A stretch of DNA of 64,000 nucleotides from an uncultured Holophagales bacterium (lineage in GTDB: Bacteria > Acidobacteriota > Thermoanaerobaculia > Multivoradales > UBA5704). The notes beneath the pieces are model-generated. The model searched no databases, was not told where the DNA came from, and saw nothing but the letters and a program-made list of their open reading frames with translations. The translations under genes and the position numbers were made by a program. Positions 1-11,153 of the stretch are shown here, piece by piece. Numbering within the stretch: position 1 is the stretch's first letter; each line of letters begins with the position of its first letter. The DNA lies in contig CAWJGT010000009.1 in the NCBI GenBank assembly GCA_963842525.1, forward strand, positions 1,056,001-1,120,000, given 5' to 3'.

Positions 1-2
1 CG

Positions 3-173
3 GCGCTCCTCATGTTCCAATCCAAAGAGCTTTCTGCGGGGGCCGCCGCCGAGCTTGCCGAAGTCGATCGCTTCACCTTTGCCCAGGAATGCCAGAAACA
101 TGGCATCCCGGTGGTGGACTATCCAGTTGAGGATCTCCGATCTGAGCTTGAGTCGTTCCGGAATGCCTCCTGA
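3..173 (+). CDS. UPF0175-family antitoxin, 5' end outside the window
   Basis: Frame from nt 3 reads ALLMFQSKELSAGAAAELAEVDRFTFAQECQKHGIPVVDYPVEDLRSELESFRNAS*. TGATG overlap with the downstream PIN gene. Confidence 0.75.
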   Translation, partial: ALLMFQSKELSAGAAAELAEVDRFTFAQECQKHGIPVVDYPVEDLRSELESFRNAS

Positions 174-650
174 TGCTGGTCATCGCGGATACCTCAGCGC
201 TCGTGGCACTCGCCGCGTGCAACGGCTTGCCGCTTTTGGATGCCCTGTTTGACGCCGTGCGCATCCCTCCAGCGGTGCTTCGGGAGTGCGCAGTGTCAGG
301 CAAGCCCGAGGCGGAGCGACTCGAAGGCTACCTTCGCCCCAGAGTAGTGAATGTAGATCTCACCGAATTCGTGATTGCAGTCACCGGCTTGGGTCAGGGC
401 GAGCTCGAGGCGATGGCGCTCTACAAACGCCTGCATGCAGATCGCTTGCTGGTAGACGATTTCCGGGCTCGAAAGATAGCACGGCTGAACGGAATTGAGG
501 TGATCGGAAGCCTGGGTGTCCTGCTCCTGGCCAAGCAAGAGGGACTCATTGCGAGGATTCGTCCCGCTTTGGATGAGATCCAAGCCGCCGGCAGCCACCT
601 GAGCGAAGCTCTCGTTGCTGAGACCTTACGCATTGCCGGGGGAGGAGTAG
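173..650 (+). CDS. DUF3368-type PIN-domain toxin
   Basis: MLVIADTSALV, GQGELEAM, LLVDDFRARKIA, IGSLGVLLLAK. The ORF track runs to 832, but removing one G from the G5 run at 638-642 gives the family-typical end IAGEE* at 650. Confidence 0.8.
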
Positions 651-838
651 ATCGGAACTGCTTGAGGGAGATGGCTCACCGTCCTCGCAGCCTGTGTGAA
701 CGCACCAGCTTGGACCTCCCGTGGCAAGATGCTCGCCGAGCTTATCCGCGAGCTGCGGCCCTGAAACTTTTCCGGGATTCCCACATATACAGGGGGGAAC
801 GGTGGACGGGTACGACAGGAGGCGGATCCTGAAAAGAA

Positions 839-3800
839 ATGGACACGACCCTGGCTCGATCCTGCAGCTCGCGTTTCGACCTCTCCCGGCGCAGGCTCGA
901 AGGAGCTGCGCTCGCCTTCATCCTGGCCTGCGGCCTGCTGACCGCGGCCCGGCCTGCCTACGCTCAACCCGCTGAAACCCGCCCGGCCTCCGTCCAGGGA
1001 GGCTACGTCCGCGCCGCCACGATCGGCGAGGTCCTTTCGCGCTGGCGGCCGGAGGTCCACCTCTATGTCCTCGGTGACGTAGACCTGGAGGAGGACGCGC
1101 TCCAGGCGCTCGCCGCCTGGCTCGACGGCCGTCATTGGACGGTCCTGCTCGTCCAGGACGCTACGGGCCAGACCTATACCGACGTCGAGGGACAGGTCCG
1201 CGAAGGCGTGGACGCCATCGAGTACGGCACCGGCCAGGGGATCCCGAAACGGCCCGGCTTTGCGGAGCAGGTCCACCCGCGCACGCAGGAGCCGGACGGG
1301 GCCATCTTCTCGATCGTGCTCGCCCAGCGCGTGTTCTTCTACACCGGGTCCGCGGCACAGGACAGCCGCTCGCTCGGCGATGACCACTTCCAGGGCAATC
1401 TCGACCAGTGGGCGATCCAGGCGATGCGGTCGAGCGGCGACATCGTCATGGCGGTCCGGGACACGGTCACCAACATCGACACCCAGGTCGACCTGGCCAT
1501 CGACCGGGCGGCCCAGGAGGCCGTGCAGGCTCGCGAGACCGCCGGCCAGGCTCTCACAAAAGGTGAGAGAGACCTCGCGGACCTCGAACGGCGGGAGCGG
1601 TCTGGCGTGGCCCGCGAGGAGCTGCTGGCGGCCCGCCAGAAGCTGGCCCGGGCGCGCGAGCTCTATGACCGGGGGACTCCCGGCTATGACCAGCCGCTTT
1701 CGGAAGCCCGGGAGGGCTTGTTCGTCGCAGAGCTGGCGATCTCGAGGGCCGACGGCAGGGCCGCCTTCGGGCGCGCCCTGAAGATCTTCTTCCTCACCTT
1801 TCTCGTCTCGGCGCTCCTGGGCACCGGGTTCGTCCTGAACCGCCGGCGCCGCGGGGTCCGGCGGGAAGCCGAGCGGCTCCTGGCCGCCTGGCGCACCGCT
1901 CTCGATGCGAAGCTCGGAGCCCTCCTCGACGAGCTGGAGCGGCGCGTAGCCCGGTTCGTCGGCCCCGCGAGCGGCGAGGGGCGGCGCCCGTGGGCGGGCG
2001 AGACCCTGCGCTGGGCCGAGCAGATCCGCGCCGACGTGGGCTCGCTCTACATCCTCTGGACCAGCGCCAACGGTGTCCTCCAGCAGGCCGAGGCCCTGAT
2101 CCGTGCCTCCGGCCTCGGTGCCGTCTACAACTTCTTCCTGCCCGGCAAGTACCGGCGGGGGATCGCGCTCCTCAAGGACGAGCCGGTCCCCTTCGATCCC
2201 GCCGGCGGCCTGCCGAAGCTGTTCGGCGGCGAGCACACCTGGCGCGACGACCTCCTGGGGGACCTCGCGGGCTACGAGCCGTTCCACAAGTCGTTCCAGG
2301 ACCTCGTCGGCGAGCTCGACCTGCGTGCGAAACGGGCAACCGAGGCGCTCGCCCTCGTCGAGGCCAGCTCGCTCCAGGGCCCCTCCTTATTGGAGGAAAC
2401 CGGCGCAAGGATCTCGGAGACCGCAGCCCTCCGCGAGGAGATCGAGCGCGCCGGCTCCGCCGAGGGCCTTTTCCTCGTGCCGGCAGTTTGCGCCATGGCC
2501 TTGCCAGCGGCGTCCGATGCCCTGGCCCGGACGCGTGCTCTGTTCCCGACCGACCCGGTCGGAGCCCTGCGGGTGGACGGTGCGAGGGCCCGGCGGATTG
2601 CGATGGAGTCCTGGCAGCTCGCCGGGCTCGTGGCTGCGGCGCGACACGGGGTGCTGCCGGCCGTCGAGGCCGGGGCTGTAGCGCTGCGCGACGTCTCGAT
2701 CGCCACCGCCTGGATCGAGGCCGAGCGGATCCAGCTCTCCGGCCATGCGGACCTCCTGGCGGAGCAGGCCGCCGAAGAGCCGGTTTCCGCGGGCATCGAG
2801 GAGCTTGCCGTGAGCCTTGCCGATCTCGGCCTGCGGGTCGAGCGCGCCGTCACCCTGTCGAGGGTCCTGGAGGAGGAGGCGCGGCCGGAGGCCCAACGGG
2901 TTGCCGGGCTCGTCCAGGCGGCCCGCGCCGATCTCGGCGAGCTTCTGAGCCTGCCGCCGGACCGCATCCTGCGGGAAGAGGGCTCCGATCCCTCTGAGCG
3001 CCTGGAGGGCTCAGCCGGGCAGGCCGGAACGGCCCAGGCAGCGCTCGGCCGGGGCGAGTTGGACGCGGCTCAAGCGGCCCTTGCGGAGGCCGCCCGCCTC
3101 ACGGCCGAGGCGGCTGCCATCGTCGAGGCCACGCGGCAGGCGTTCGCTACGCAGGAGGAGACCGTCGAGGAGCGGCGCGCCGAGACTCTCCGCATCGAAG
3201 CGCTCCGCCCCGGGCACGAGAAGGTCCTCGCGGGCATCCGGCAGACCTACGCGCCGAGCGTGCTGTCCCTGCGCGCGGGCGATCCCGCTCATCCGGACGC
3301 CAACGGCACCCTCGGCGACAACCTGGAAGAGACCCGCGCCCACGTCGGCCTCGCCCATGAAAAGCTCGATCGGGCGGTTGCCTCGTTTCGCGGCGGCAAG
3401 CTGCTCGCCGCGGCCCAGCTCCTGCGGGAGGTGAAGCGGCACCAGCAGCTCGCCGTCCACCGCCTGGAAGAGGTCGCCGAGAGGGAGGCCCGCCTCGCGA
3501 GGACCGTCGAGAGCAACCTGGACCTCCTGCAGACCCTGGAGGCCCGGGTGCGGGAGGACCAGACCGCCGTGGCCGGCGATCCGCGGGCCATGCAACCGAC
3601 CCTGACCGCCTTCGAGCAGGGCAGGCTCCAGCTCCAGGAGGCGCGCCGCCTGGTCGAGGCCGCGCCGGGCGATCCTCTCCAGGCCGAGGACGCCCTCCTT
3701 GCCGCCCGGGCAACCCTCGACCAGGTCCACGACCAGATGGCCCCAGGCGACCGCCTCCTCTTCGCAGACGCGCAGAGGAGCGTCGAGGCGGCAAACCGGC

Positions 3801-4468
3801 AGCTCGCCGCCGCCGGAGAGCTGGCCCGGCGTGCCGCCGCGGACAACATTCCGGACAGCCCCGGGATCGTCCAGGGGACCCAGAGCCTGAGAGACCTCTC
3901 GGCCGCCCAGGAGCAGGCTCGGGTCGCCCTGGGTATTCCGCACGGAGACTGGACCGCGCTCGACACCGAGGCCGACCGGATCGCGGGAGAGGGCGCCCGC
4001 TGGGCCGCCACACTGACCGGAGAGCTCGCCGCCGCCGAAAAAGCTGTCACCGCGCTCTCCGCCGCCTCCCAGTGGGTGCGCACAGCCAGCTCCTGGAGGG
4101 GCTCCTACGGGATCACCATCCCGGGGAGCCCGGGGTCGGGCACCCTCTCCCGGGCGAGGTCGCTGCTTGAGCAGGGCCGGTACGACGACGCTGGGAAAGA
4201 AGCCATCGTGGCCTATCAGGAAGCGTCGCAGGCCATCGAGGCTGCCAGGGCCGAAGTGGAGCGCCTCCGCGAAGAGGAGCGCCGCGAGGAGGAGGAACGC
4301 CGCCGCCGTTGGGACTCCATCCACAGCGATGATTCCTCGCCGAGCAGCTTCTCCAGCTCGAGCCACAGCTCCGGATCCAGCAGCTCCAGTTGGGGCAGCA
4401 GCAGCTCTGGGTCGAGCCGCTCGAGTTGGAGAAGCAGCAGCTCAGGCAGCGGCAAGTCGGGCTGGTAG
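839..4468 (+). CDS. Large membrane-anchored protein: TPM-like N-domain, one TM segment, long helical/coiled-coil region, Ser/Gly-rich tail
   Basis: 1209-aa ORF with signal-like N-terminus, TM (IFFLTFLVSALLGTGFVL), Ala/Glu/Arg-rich helices and C-terminal SSSSGSGKSGW. Confidence 0.7.
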   Translation: MDTTLARSCSSRFDLSRRRLEGAALAFILACGLLTAARPAYAQPAETRPASVQGGYVRAATIGEVLSRWRPEVHLYVLGDVDLEEDALQALAAWLDGRHWTVLLVQDATGQTYTDVEGQVREGVDAIEYGTGQGIPKRPGFAEQVHPRTQEPDGAIFSIVLAQRVFFYTGSAAQDSRSLGDDHFQGNLDQWAIQAMRSSGDIVMAVRDTVTNIDTQVDLAIDRAAQEAVQARETAGQALTKGERDLADLERRERSGVAREELLAARQKLARARELYDRGTPGYDQPLSEAREGLFVAELAISRADGRAAFGRALKIFFLTFLVSALLGTGFVLNRRRRGVRREAERLLAAWRTALDAKLGALLDELERRVARFVGPASGEGRRPWAGETLRWAEQIRADVGSLYILWTSANGVLQQAEALIRASGLGAVYNFFLPGKYRRGIALLKDEPVPFDPAGGLPKLFGGEHTWRDDLLGDLAGYEPFHKSFQDLVGELDLRAKRATEALALVEASSLQGPSLLEETGARISETAALREEIERAGSAEGLFLVPAVCAMALPAASDALARTRALFPTDPVGALRVDGARARRIAMESWQLAGLVAAARHGVLPAVEAGAVALRDVSIATAWIEAERIQLSGHADLLAEQAAEEPVSAGIEELAVSLADLGLRVERAVTLSRVLEEEARPEAQRVAGLVQAARADLGELLSLPPDRILREEGSDPSERLEGSAGQAGTAQAALGRGELDAAQAALAEAARLTAEAAAIVEATRQAFATQEETVEERRAETLRIEALRPGHEKVLAGIRQTYAPSVLSLRAGDPAHPDANGTLGDNLEETRAHVGLAHEKLDRAVASFRGGKLLAAAQLLREVKRHQQLAVHRLEEVAEREARLARTVESNLDLLQTLEARVREDQTAVAGDPRAMQPTLTAFEQGRLQLQEARRLVEAAPGDPLQAEDALLAARATLDQVHDQMAPGDRLLFADAQRSVEAANRQLAAAGELARRAAADNIPDSPGIVQGTQSLRDLSAAQEQARVALGIPHGDWTALDTEADRIAGEGARWAATLTGELAAAEKAVTALSAASQWVRTASSWRGSYGITIPGSPGSGTLSRARSLLEQGRYDDAGKEAIVAYQEASQAIEAARAEVERLREEERREEEERRRRWDSIHSDDSSPSSFSSSSHSSGSSSSSWGSSSSGSSRSSWRSSSSGSGKSGW

Positions 4469-4502
4469 GGAAGCTAAAGACCTTTACTATGCTGTGGACG
4501 TC

Positions 4503-5213
4503 ATGGCAGCCCTCTGGTCCCAGAAGGTCGAGTCCGCGGGCTTCGCGATCGTGCCCGGCGTCTTCGGCGAAGAGGAACTGGCCGGGTTGGGGGAGGCCCT
4601 TGCGGATCTGGAGGACGGGGGCTCGCGGGGTCTGCGGGGTGGGCGGGGTGGTGTGCGCAATCTCCTGCGGTCGGCTGCGATCCGGGAGCTGACGGAAGAG
4701 GGCGCGCTCCTCGGTCTGGCGCGGACGGTGCTGGGGACCGGTGCGTGGCCGGTCAAGGCGACCCTCTTTGCCAAGTCCCCCACGGCCAACTGGAAGGTGC
4801 CTTGGCACCAGGACGTCACGATCGCGGTCTGCAGCCGGTGTGACGCCGCGGGCTTCGGCTCGTGGACCGAGAAGGACGGGGTCCCGCACGTCCAGGCTCC
4901 CGCCGAGGTCCTGGAGGGGATGCTGGCCCTCCGTCTCCATCTCGATCCATGTCCTGCGGAAAATGGTGCGTTGCGCGTGCTGCCCGGCAGTCACCGCCTG
5001 GGCCGTATCCGGCAGGAGGACCGGGAGGCTCTGCTGTCCCAAAGCGAGCCCGTGATCTGTGAGGCCCGCGCCGGCGACGTCCTGGTGATGCGGCCTCTTC
5101 TTCTCCACGCCTCCTCACCCAGCCGGACGGGCGCGGACCGTCGGGTCCTGCACGTCGAGTACGCCGCAGCCGACCTCCCCGGCGGTCTGAAGTGGCAGGG
5201 CTACACCCGCTGA
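4503..5213 (+). CDS. Phytanoyl-CoA dioxygenase (PhyH) family Fe(II)/2OG enzyme
   Basis: WHQD (HxD), ENGALRVLPGSH, LLHAS, RRVLH motifs. Confidence 0.88.
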   Translation: MAALWSQKVESAGFAIVPGVFGEEELAGLGEALADLEDGGSRGLRGGRGGVRNLLRSAAIRELTEEGALLGLARTVLGTGAWPVKATLFAKSPTANWKVPWHQDVTIAVCSRCDAAGFGSWTEKDGVPHVQAPAEVLEGMLALRLHLDPCPAENGALRVLPGSHRLGRIRQEDREALLSQSEPVICEARAGDVLVMRPLLLHASSPSRTGADRRVLHVEYAAADLPGGLKWQGYTR

Positions 5214-5269
5214 GGCGGTCAGACGCAGGAGAGGGGAGCCCCCACCCAGGAGCTTCCTGATCATGCATT

Positions 5270-5326
5270 TCTCCCCTCTCCCGGGGGAAGGGAGTGCGGA
5301 TGGGAGAGGGGTCGGGGGTGAGGGGC
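5270..5326. repeat. REP-like palindromic element (CCCTCTCCC...GGGAGAGGGG...GGGGTGAGG)
   Basis: Single copy, closely similar to the copies at 54002-54059 and 55229-55286. Confidence 0.8.
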
Positions 5327-5400
5327 CAGGGCGACGCCCCCAGCAGAGTTTTCCAAACACCCTCTGAAAGGCTCGCTCTGGATCGGAGGACTCCGCTGGG

Positions 5401-5570
5401 AGCACCGTCTTCCGGCCCCAGGTGAGGGCCCTCGATCTCGTCTGGATGCTCCAGGCGGAGGAGGACGGCGGCACCGGGGCGAGGGCATTTTGGAGCACGA
5501 GTCTCTCGACGCCGGCCGGCCAGAGGGCTACGGTCTACCGGAAGGCTGGCGGCGACGATTCGCCTGCATC
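5401..5570 (+). pseudogene. Internally deleted remnant paralogous to CDS 53393-53845
   Basis: QVRALDLVWMLQAE...GQRATVYRKAG versus QIRALELVWMLQAE...GQKPTVYRKTG. Confidence 0.7.
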
Positions 5571-5679
5571 GTCCAGAATCCCGATTCCGTCTCGCCGCGA
5601 TTCGGCTGTCCTGCGAGAGCTTTCGACCCGAGAGCCTTCACATCGGAAGCCGGCTGTAGAGTTCAAGTGAATGTCTCCC

Positions 5680-5835
5680 GCTCATAGGGACTTGCATCAG
5701 CGACATTCGAGCACATTCCTGCGCATTTGATAGCCCCTGATGTGACATTGGACCTGAGCTCCGCCTCATTGGGACCGGCCGGCGCCCCTTTCGTCATGAG
5801 CTCCCAATGATTCGTACCTCCGGGCGAAAGATTCC
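5680..5835. repeat. Degenerate 21-bp-period array
   Basis: ATT/ATA/TTT triplet at 5684, 5705, 5726, 5747, 5768, 5789, 5810 and 5831. Confidence 0.5.
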
Positions 5836-6075
5836 GATGCCCAGGCGTCGTGCACGGACCTGTCTCCGTATGTTTGGTCTTGCAGCCTGAAAAACTATTC
5901 AGCCCGGCGGAAAAATCAGTTTTGGCAGATGAATGGCCGCGACTCAGAAGCCGATGTTGCCGAGCACGAGACGAATGATGCGGAAGCCCGGTCGAATCGG
6001 CGAGAGCGCGCCGCGATACGCCGGCAAGGATGACGGCGCTCCCAGCGGAGTCCTTCGTGGGGCGGAGAAACCGCC

Positions 6076-6534
6076 TCACCGGCTCCGCAGCCTGCGGGTG
6101 AGCACCCGGTCCAGGGCGGCGGCGAAGGCTTGCCGGTCCTTGGGGCCGTAGGGCCGCGGCCCGCTGGTCTCCACGCCTGCTCCCCGCAGCCCGTCCATGA
6201 AGTCGCGCACGGCGAGGCGCTCTCCGACGTTCTCCTCCGTGTACTCCTCGCCGCGCGGGTCGAGCACCGTGACCCCCTTCTCGACCAGATTGGCGGCGAG
6301 CGGGATGTCGGCCGTCACGGCCACGTCGCCCGGCTCGGCCTGATCCGCGATGTAGCGGTCGGCCACGTCGGGACCGCCCTCCACCCGCACGGCGGCGACG
6401 AAGGGATGGTCCAAGGGGGTCGAAAGCCGCTGGTTGGCGACGAGAATGGTCTCGATCCGGAGCCGCCGCGCGGCCCGGAAGACGATCTCCTTGACGTCGC
6501 GCGGAGCGGCATCCGCATCGATCCAGAGCTTCAC
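6076..6534 (-). CDS. yaiI: YaiI/YqxD (DUF188) family protein
   Basis: [40 protein letters not shown] overlap with the S9 peptidase stop. Confidence 0.88.
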   Translation of the reverse strand: MKLWIDADAAPRDVKEIVFRAARRLRIETILVANQRLSTPLDHPFVAAVRVEGGPDVADRYIADQAEPGDVAVTADIPLAANLVEKGVTVLDPRGEEYTEENVGERLAVRDFMDGLRGAGVETSGPRPYGPKDRQAFAAALDRVLTRRLRSR

Positions 6535-8477
6535 GATGCCGGTTTCACCGCCGGCGTGCCCTTCAGGTACTTGTCCAGGAACGCCAGCGTTGCCTCGTAG
6601 GCCTTCTTCTGGCTCTCCTTGCGGGCGAAGCCGTGCCCCTCGTTCTCGAAGACGAGATATTCCACCGGCACGCCCTTCTTCTTGACCGCCTCGACGATCG
6701 AGTCCGACTCCTGCTTCAGGACCCGCGGATCGTTCGCGCCCTGGAGGACGAGGAGCGGCCTCTCGATCTTGTCGGCGTGGAAGAGAGGAGAGATCCGGGC
6801 CAGGTAGTCGGCGTCCTTGACCGGGTCCCCGATCTCCTGGACGAGCGCGTCGCGGATCGCTCCCCACCACTGCGGGATGCTCTCCATCGTCCGCTTCCAG
6901 TTCGAGATCCCGTACATGTCCACCCCGGCCGCGAACTCCTTCGGCCGGAAGGTGAGTGCGGCGAGCACCATGTAGCCGCCGTAGCTGCCGCCGTAGATGC
7001 CAATCCGGTCGGCGTCGATCCAGCCGGTCGCGGCCAGCATCCGCTTGCTCGCGACACAGTCGTCCAGGTCCGCGTTGCCGTGCTTGCGGTCATCCAGCCC
7101 GTAGAAGGTCTTGCCATAGCCGGAGCTGCCCCGGTTGTTGATGTCGAAGACGGCGTAGCCATGGTTGACCAGGTACTGGATGAGGCCGTTGTAGCCGATC
7201 GTGGCCTGGCCGCCGGGGCCGCCGTGCACCTTCACGAGGGCCGGCACCCTGGCCTTCGCCGAGGACCCGTGCGGCTGGTAGAGGATGCCGGGGATCTCCA
7301 GGCCGTCGTAGGACTTGAAGCGCACCACCTTGCCGGCCACCAGGTCCGCCGGATCGATGGCGGGGCTGAGGCTCTGCGTGAGCTGCCGGTCCTTGCCGCT
7401 CTTCAGGTCGCGGACAAACAGGTTGGCCGGCGTGCTGCCTGTCTCGACGTAGTAGGCCAGCCACCGGCCGTCCGGCGAGAACGTGAGGTCGTCGAGGCTG
7501 GCGTCCGGGACCTCCGGCAGGGGCACGGGGCGCATCCCCGCCGTCTCGAAGGCGCGCACCTCGGTGCGTGCGTCGTTGTTGATTTCGACCAGGAAGTGCT
7601 TGCCGTCCCGGGAGAAGCGGGCCGCCTCCACGTCCCAGTCGGGTTGCAGCACCGTCGTGCGCTGGCCCGAGGCCAGGTCGTAGCGCACCAGGTACTTGAA
7701 CTGCGAGCCCTGATCGGTCGTGTAGTAGAGGCTCGCGCCGTCCGGGCTGAAGGTCTGGGGCACACTGTTCACCTGGGAGGCCGGCGGATCGTCCGGTGTG
7801 AGGAGGCTGGTCTTTCCGGTCGTGCGGTCGTGCAGATACACGTCCGCGTCGGACGTGCCCTGCGACTTGTTGAGCGCGACATAGCGCCGGTCCGGCGAGA
7901 CGCCGCCGGGCAGGAAGCCGCCTTCGTTGGTGTAGAGAAGCTTGCGCTCGTAGCCGTCGAGCGTCATCTCGTAGACGTCGAAGGCGCTCGGGTCGCGCTC
8001 GTTGGTCGAGAAGAAGAACGAGCGCTGGTCGGGCGCCCAGCCGCCGAATTCGGCCTTGAGCTTCTCGCCCGGCGTGAGGTCGCGGACCTTGCCGTCCGGC
8101 GACTGGGCATAGAGGTGCGTCTGCTCGTTGCCCCCCTGGTCGCTCGAATAGAGGAAGCGCTCGTCCTTGGGGAAGTAGCCGAGCGCCTGGATGGCGTTGA
8201 CCTTGGAGTCGGTCAGTTGGACCGGCGGGCCGCCGTCGACCGGGACCGCGAAGGCGTTGTACACCCCGGATTTGTCGCTGCTCACCAGGATCTTGCGGCC
8301 GTCCGGCGAGAAGGAAGAGCCGTTATAGATCGTGGTGGCGAGGAGCTGCTCGATCGTGTACTGGCGCACCTGGCGCTGCGCCGGCTGGGCTGCGGCGCTC
8401 TGGCCCGCGGCGCCGCTGCCGGCGAGCAGGGCGGCCGTCAGAAGGCCGAGAGAGAGGATGCGGGAGGTTCGGGTCAT
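6531..8477 (-). CDS. Secreted S9 family (prolyl oligopeptidase-like) peptidase
   Basis: Signal peptide [13 protein letters not shown], beta-propeller SPDG repeats, HGGP, GGSYGG nucleophile, NDPRV, EGHG. Confidence 0.93.
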   Translation of the reverse strand: MTRTSRILSLGLLTAALLAGSGAAGQSAAAQPAQRQVRQYTIEQLLATTIYNGSSFSPDGRKILVSSDKSGVYNAFAVPVDGGPPVQLTDSKVNAIQALGYFPKDERFLYSSDQGGNEQTHLYAQSPDGKVRDLTPGEKLKAEFGGWAPDQRSFFFSTNERDPSAFDVYEMTLDGYERKLLYTNEGGFLPGGVSPDRRYVALNKSQGTSDADVYLHDRTTGKTSLLTPDDPPASQVNSVPQTFSPDGASLYYTTDQGSQFKYLVRYDLASGQRTTVLQPDWDVEAARFSRDGKHFLVEINNDARTEVRAFETAGMRPVPLPEVPDASLDDLTFSPDGRWLAYYVETGSTPANLFVRDLKSGKDRQLTQSLSPAIDPADLVAGKVVRFKSYDGLEIPGILYQPHGSSAKARVPALVKVHGGPGGQATIGYNGLIQYLVNHGYAVFDINNRGSSGYGKTFYGLDDRKHGNADLDDCVASKRMLAATGWIDADRIGIYGGSYGGYMVLAALTFRPKEFAAGVDMYGISNWKRTMESIPQWWGAIRDALVQEIGDPVKDADYLARISPLFHADKIERPLLVLQGANDPRVLKQESDSIVEAVKKKGVPVEYLVFENEGHGFARKESQKKAYEATLAFLDKYLKGTPAVKPAS

Positions 8478-8645
8478 GGTATGTCTCCTGGGTTTGCGCT
8501 TCGCAGGGGATTCTCGCATGGGAAGGTGCCGGCGCCCATCCGGAGAGGACCTCCTCCCCCGCGCGCCGGCGCCGGCGGAGTACGCGCTTTGCGCACGTCG
8601 AAGGAGTCGTGCACACACCAGCACAACGCCCGCTGCGGTTGATCC

Positions 8646-9791
8646 TTACCGCGGCTCCGTGTACCCCGTCAGCTCCACATACCCCAGGCCGTCCACCGGC
8701 CGGCCCGCCCGGGTGCCCTCGACCTCGACCGCGCCCTCCCAGTAGCGGAACGACACGTCGAGCTCCTGGTCCGCCAGCAGGGGAGTCACCGTGAGGTCGA
8801 GGTCCTGCGAAGGGACCCGCAGCCGCCACCTTGCAGGATAGCGGGCCTGGCTGCGTGGGCTCTCCCAGCGGTCCGTGGCCTCGATGGCGAAGTCGTCCAG
8901 CCCGAGCCGGCGGGTGGCGCCGGAAGGCCCGATCACCGTGCCGCTGCTCGCCGGATCGGCGCTGCCGTCGCGGCGGCGGAGGCGGTAGAGCATGAGCTCC
9001 GAGCCGTCCGCGAGCTGGAGGGAGAACCAATCCCAGCCCACTTGGTCCGGACCGAGCGCGCTGGTGCTCCATTCGCGGTCCATCCAGGCCGAGCCGGAGA
9101 CCGCGAGCCGCTCCTCGCCGACGCGCACTGTACCGGCGGCGGGCATGCGGGTCAGCGAGTAGTAATAGGACGCGTTGCCCGGCTCGGCGCTCTTGCGGCT
9201 CAGCCCGCGGTCGCCCTGAAGCACCGGAGGCTTTCCCTGCCGCAACAGGAGATCGATCCCCACCTCACCCTGGGCCGCGCGGAGCCGCAGCGGAAACACC
9301 GGGCCGCCGTCTGCCGCAGCCGACCAGTCCTGGAGCCAGACCCGGAACGGCAGGGCCTGCGCACCGGCGAGGCCGACCGCACCGCGGCTCCACCGCTCAA
9401 AAGAGTGGAACCGTCCGCCGGCCACATCGGTCACCGTGAAATGGGCGAGCCATGCCTGGCGCGCCGCCCACGCCGATTCCCGCGGCGGCATGGCCGGAGC
9501 GAGCGCCGAACGGAAGAACGTGAGCTGGAACCCGAATTGCCGCCCGTCCCGGCTCGCGAGATTGCCCGTGAAATACCACCACTCGGTGCGGAAGTCAGGA
9601 TGCGGCCCATGATCGGCGGGGAAGGCGAAATCCCGCGGCGCGAGAGCCTTGGCATAGCCGCGGTCGTCAGCCGCCCGGAGCGCTCCGGCCACCGACAGAG
9701 AGGCCTCCGGGGCGGCAGGCTCCTTGTCACGGCAATGCAGGAGAGGCCCGACGGCGAGCAGGAGAGCGATCCCAAGGAGCCGTCCATTCAT
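8646..9791 (-). CDS. AttH/CrtC-like lipocalin-domain lipoprotein
   Basis: FPADHGPHPDFRTEWWYFTGNL, WMDREWS, GWDWFSLQL, YWEG, GYVELTGY. Confidence 0.88.
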   Translation of the reverse strand: MNGRLLGIALLLAVGPLLHCRDKEPAAPEASLSVAGALRAADDRGYAKALAPRDFAFPADHGPHPDFRTEWWYFTGNLASRDGRQFGFQLTFFRSALAPAMPPRESAWAARQAWLAHFTVTDVAGGRFHSFERWSRGAVGLAGAQALPFRVWLQDWSAAADGGPVFPLRLRAAQGEVGIDLLLRQGKPPVLQGDRGLSRKSAEPGNASYYYSLTRMPAAGTVRVGEERLAVSGSAWMDREWSTSALGPDQVGWDWFSLQLADGSELMLYRLRRRDGSADPASSGTVIGPSGATRRLGLDDFAIEATDRWESPRSQARYPARWRLRVPSQDLDLTVTPLLADQELDVSFRYWEGAVEVEGTRAGRPVDGLGYVELTGYTEPR

Positions 9792-9836
9792 CCGGCCGGG
9801 ATCATATGCGAGCTCCGGAGCTCTCTTTTCAGAGTA

Positions 9837-10997
9837 TCAGCTCAGGATCTGCCCGCCCCACAGGCGCGCCAGGAACTCCCGCCAGGGAAGGACCTCGATA
9901 CCTTCGACGAGACGAGGGGCGCTTTCGTTGCAGACGAGGATGGCGTGGCGCGGGTGGTTGTCCTCGACGAAAGCATGGAGGGAACGGAAATCCGAAGGGT
10001 CGAGCCGCGAGGTCCCCTTGACTTCCACCGCGACCTCGGCGTCCCCGAGCACGAAGTCCACTTCGAGGCCGCTCTTCGTCCGCCAGAAGTGGACTCCGTA
10101 GCCGAGCTCCCGGTAGGCCCTGTGAGCCTGGATCTCCATGAGGATGAAGTGCTCGAGCGCCCGGCCGAAGAGCTCACCCCTTGTCTCCACGATGCGCCGG
10201 CGCGTCAGGGCTCCTGCCACACCTACGTCGAACAGGTAGAACTTTGGGGTTTTTCCGATGACCTGCCGCTCCTGGCGCCGCTTCCATGGCTCAATGAAAG
10301 TGCCGAGAAGCGTGTCGACGAGGATCTGGTAGTACTCCTTCACGGTTTTCGCATCGACGCCGCAGTCCCGCGCGATGTTGGCGTAGTTCGTGAGATCGCC
10401 GTGGGAGTAGCCCATGGCCTCGAAGAAACGTGAGAAGGCGGCCATGTTGCGGGTGAGCCCCTCGTCGAAGACTTCCTCTTTCAAGTAGTCCACGACGTAG
10501 GCTTCGAGAGAGCGCCTGTACTCCGGGCTCAGGTAGTGCGCCGGGACGAGGCCTCGGTTGAGCGCTTGCAGGAGATCGAGATCTCCGATCTCGATCGATA
10601 CGAGCGGGTGCATCTCGTAGCGCCAGGCCCGCCCACCCAGGAGGTTGACGCCGCCCCTCTTGAGCTTGCGAGCGCTCGACCCGCACAGGATGAAGCTCAG
10701 CCCCCGGTTCTCGATGAGCCAGTGAACCTCGTCGAGCAGTTGGGGGACCTTCTGGACCTCGTCCAGGATCACCGGAGAGCGCAGCTTCGCGGGAGGGGCC
10801 GCCAGGAGGCGCTCGCGGAGCAGGGCCGGGCGTTTTGTGAGCTCCAGCAGGAGGTCCGTCTGGAGCAGGTCGAAGGTCAGGCTGTCGGAAAACGACGAAT
10901 GGAGATAGGTGCTCTTCCCGGTCTTGCGGGGTCCCCAGAGAAACGCCGACTGGCGGGGCGGCAAGGCGATTCGCAGGGCGCGCTCGATTTGTACCAT
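9837..10997 (-). CDS. AAA_14 + DUF4143 ATPase
   Basis: GPRKTGKS, LDEVQK, GSSARKL, PKFYLFDVG, EVDFVL..VEVK. Confidence 0.9.
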   Translation of the reverse strand: MVQIERALRIALPPRQSAFLWGPRKTGKSTYLHSSFSDSLTFDLLQTDLLLELTKRPALLRERLLAAPPAKLRSPVILDEVQKVPQLLDEVHWLIENRGLSFILCGSSARKLKRGGVNLLGGRAWRYEMHPLVSIEIGDLDLLQALNRGLVPAHYLSPEYRRSLEAYVVDYLKEEVFDEGLTRNMAAFSRFFEAMGYSHGDLTNYANIARDCGVDAKTVKEYYQILVDTLLGTFIEPWKRRQERQVIGKTPKFYLFDVGVAGALTRRRIVETRGELFGRALEHFILMEIQAHRAYRELGYGVHFWRTKSGLEVDFVLGDAEVAVEVKGTSRLDPSDFRSLHAFVEDNHPRHAILVCNESAPRLVEGIEVLPWREFLARLWGGQILS

Positions 10998-11153
10998 TCG
11001 GGAGTGAGCTCCCATTTTGGTCTGACCAAACGGGAGCATACTCCGCGAATAGCTGTGGCCGCAAGGAAGGACGGTCCGGTAGCGGCACGCCGAGCAAGAG
11101 GGCGATCCAGATCCGGAATCGCCCCCCTTTTGCCTCTCTACGTTACCGGAATG

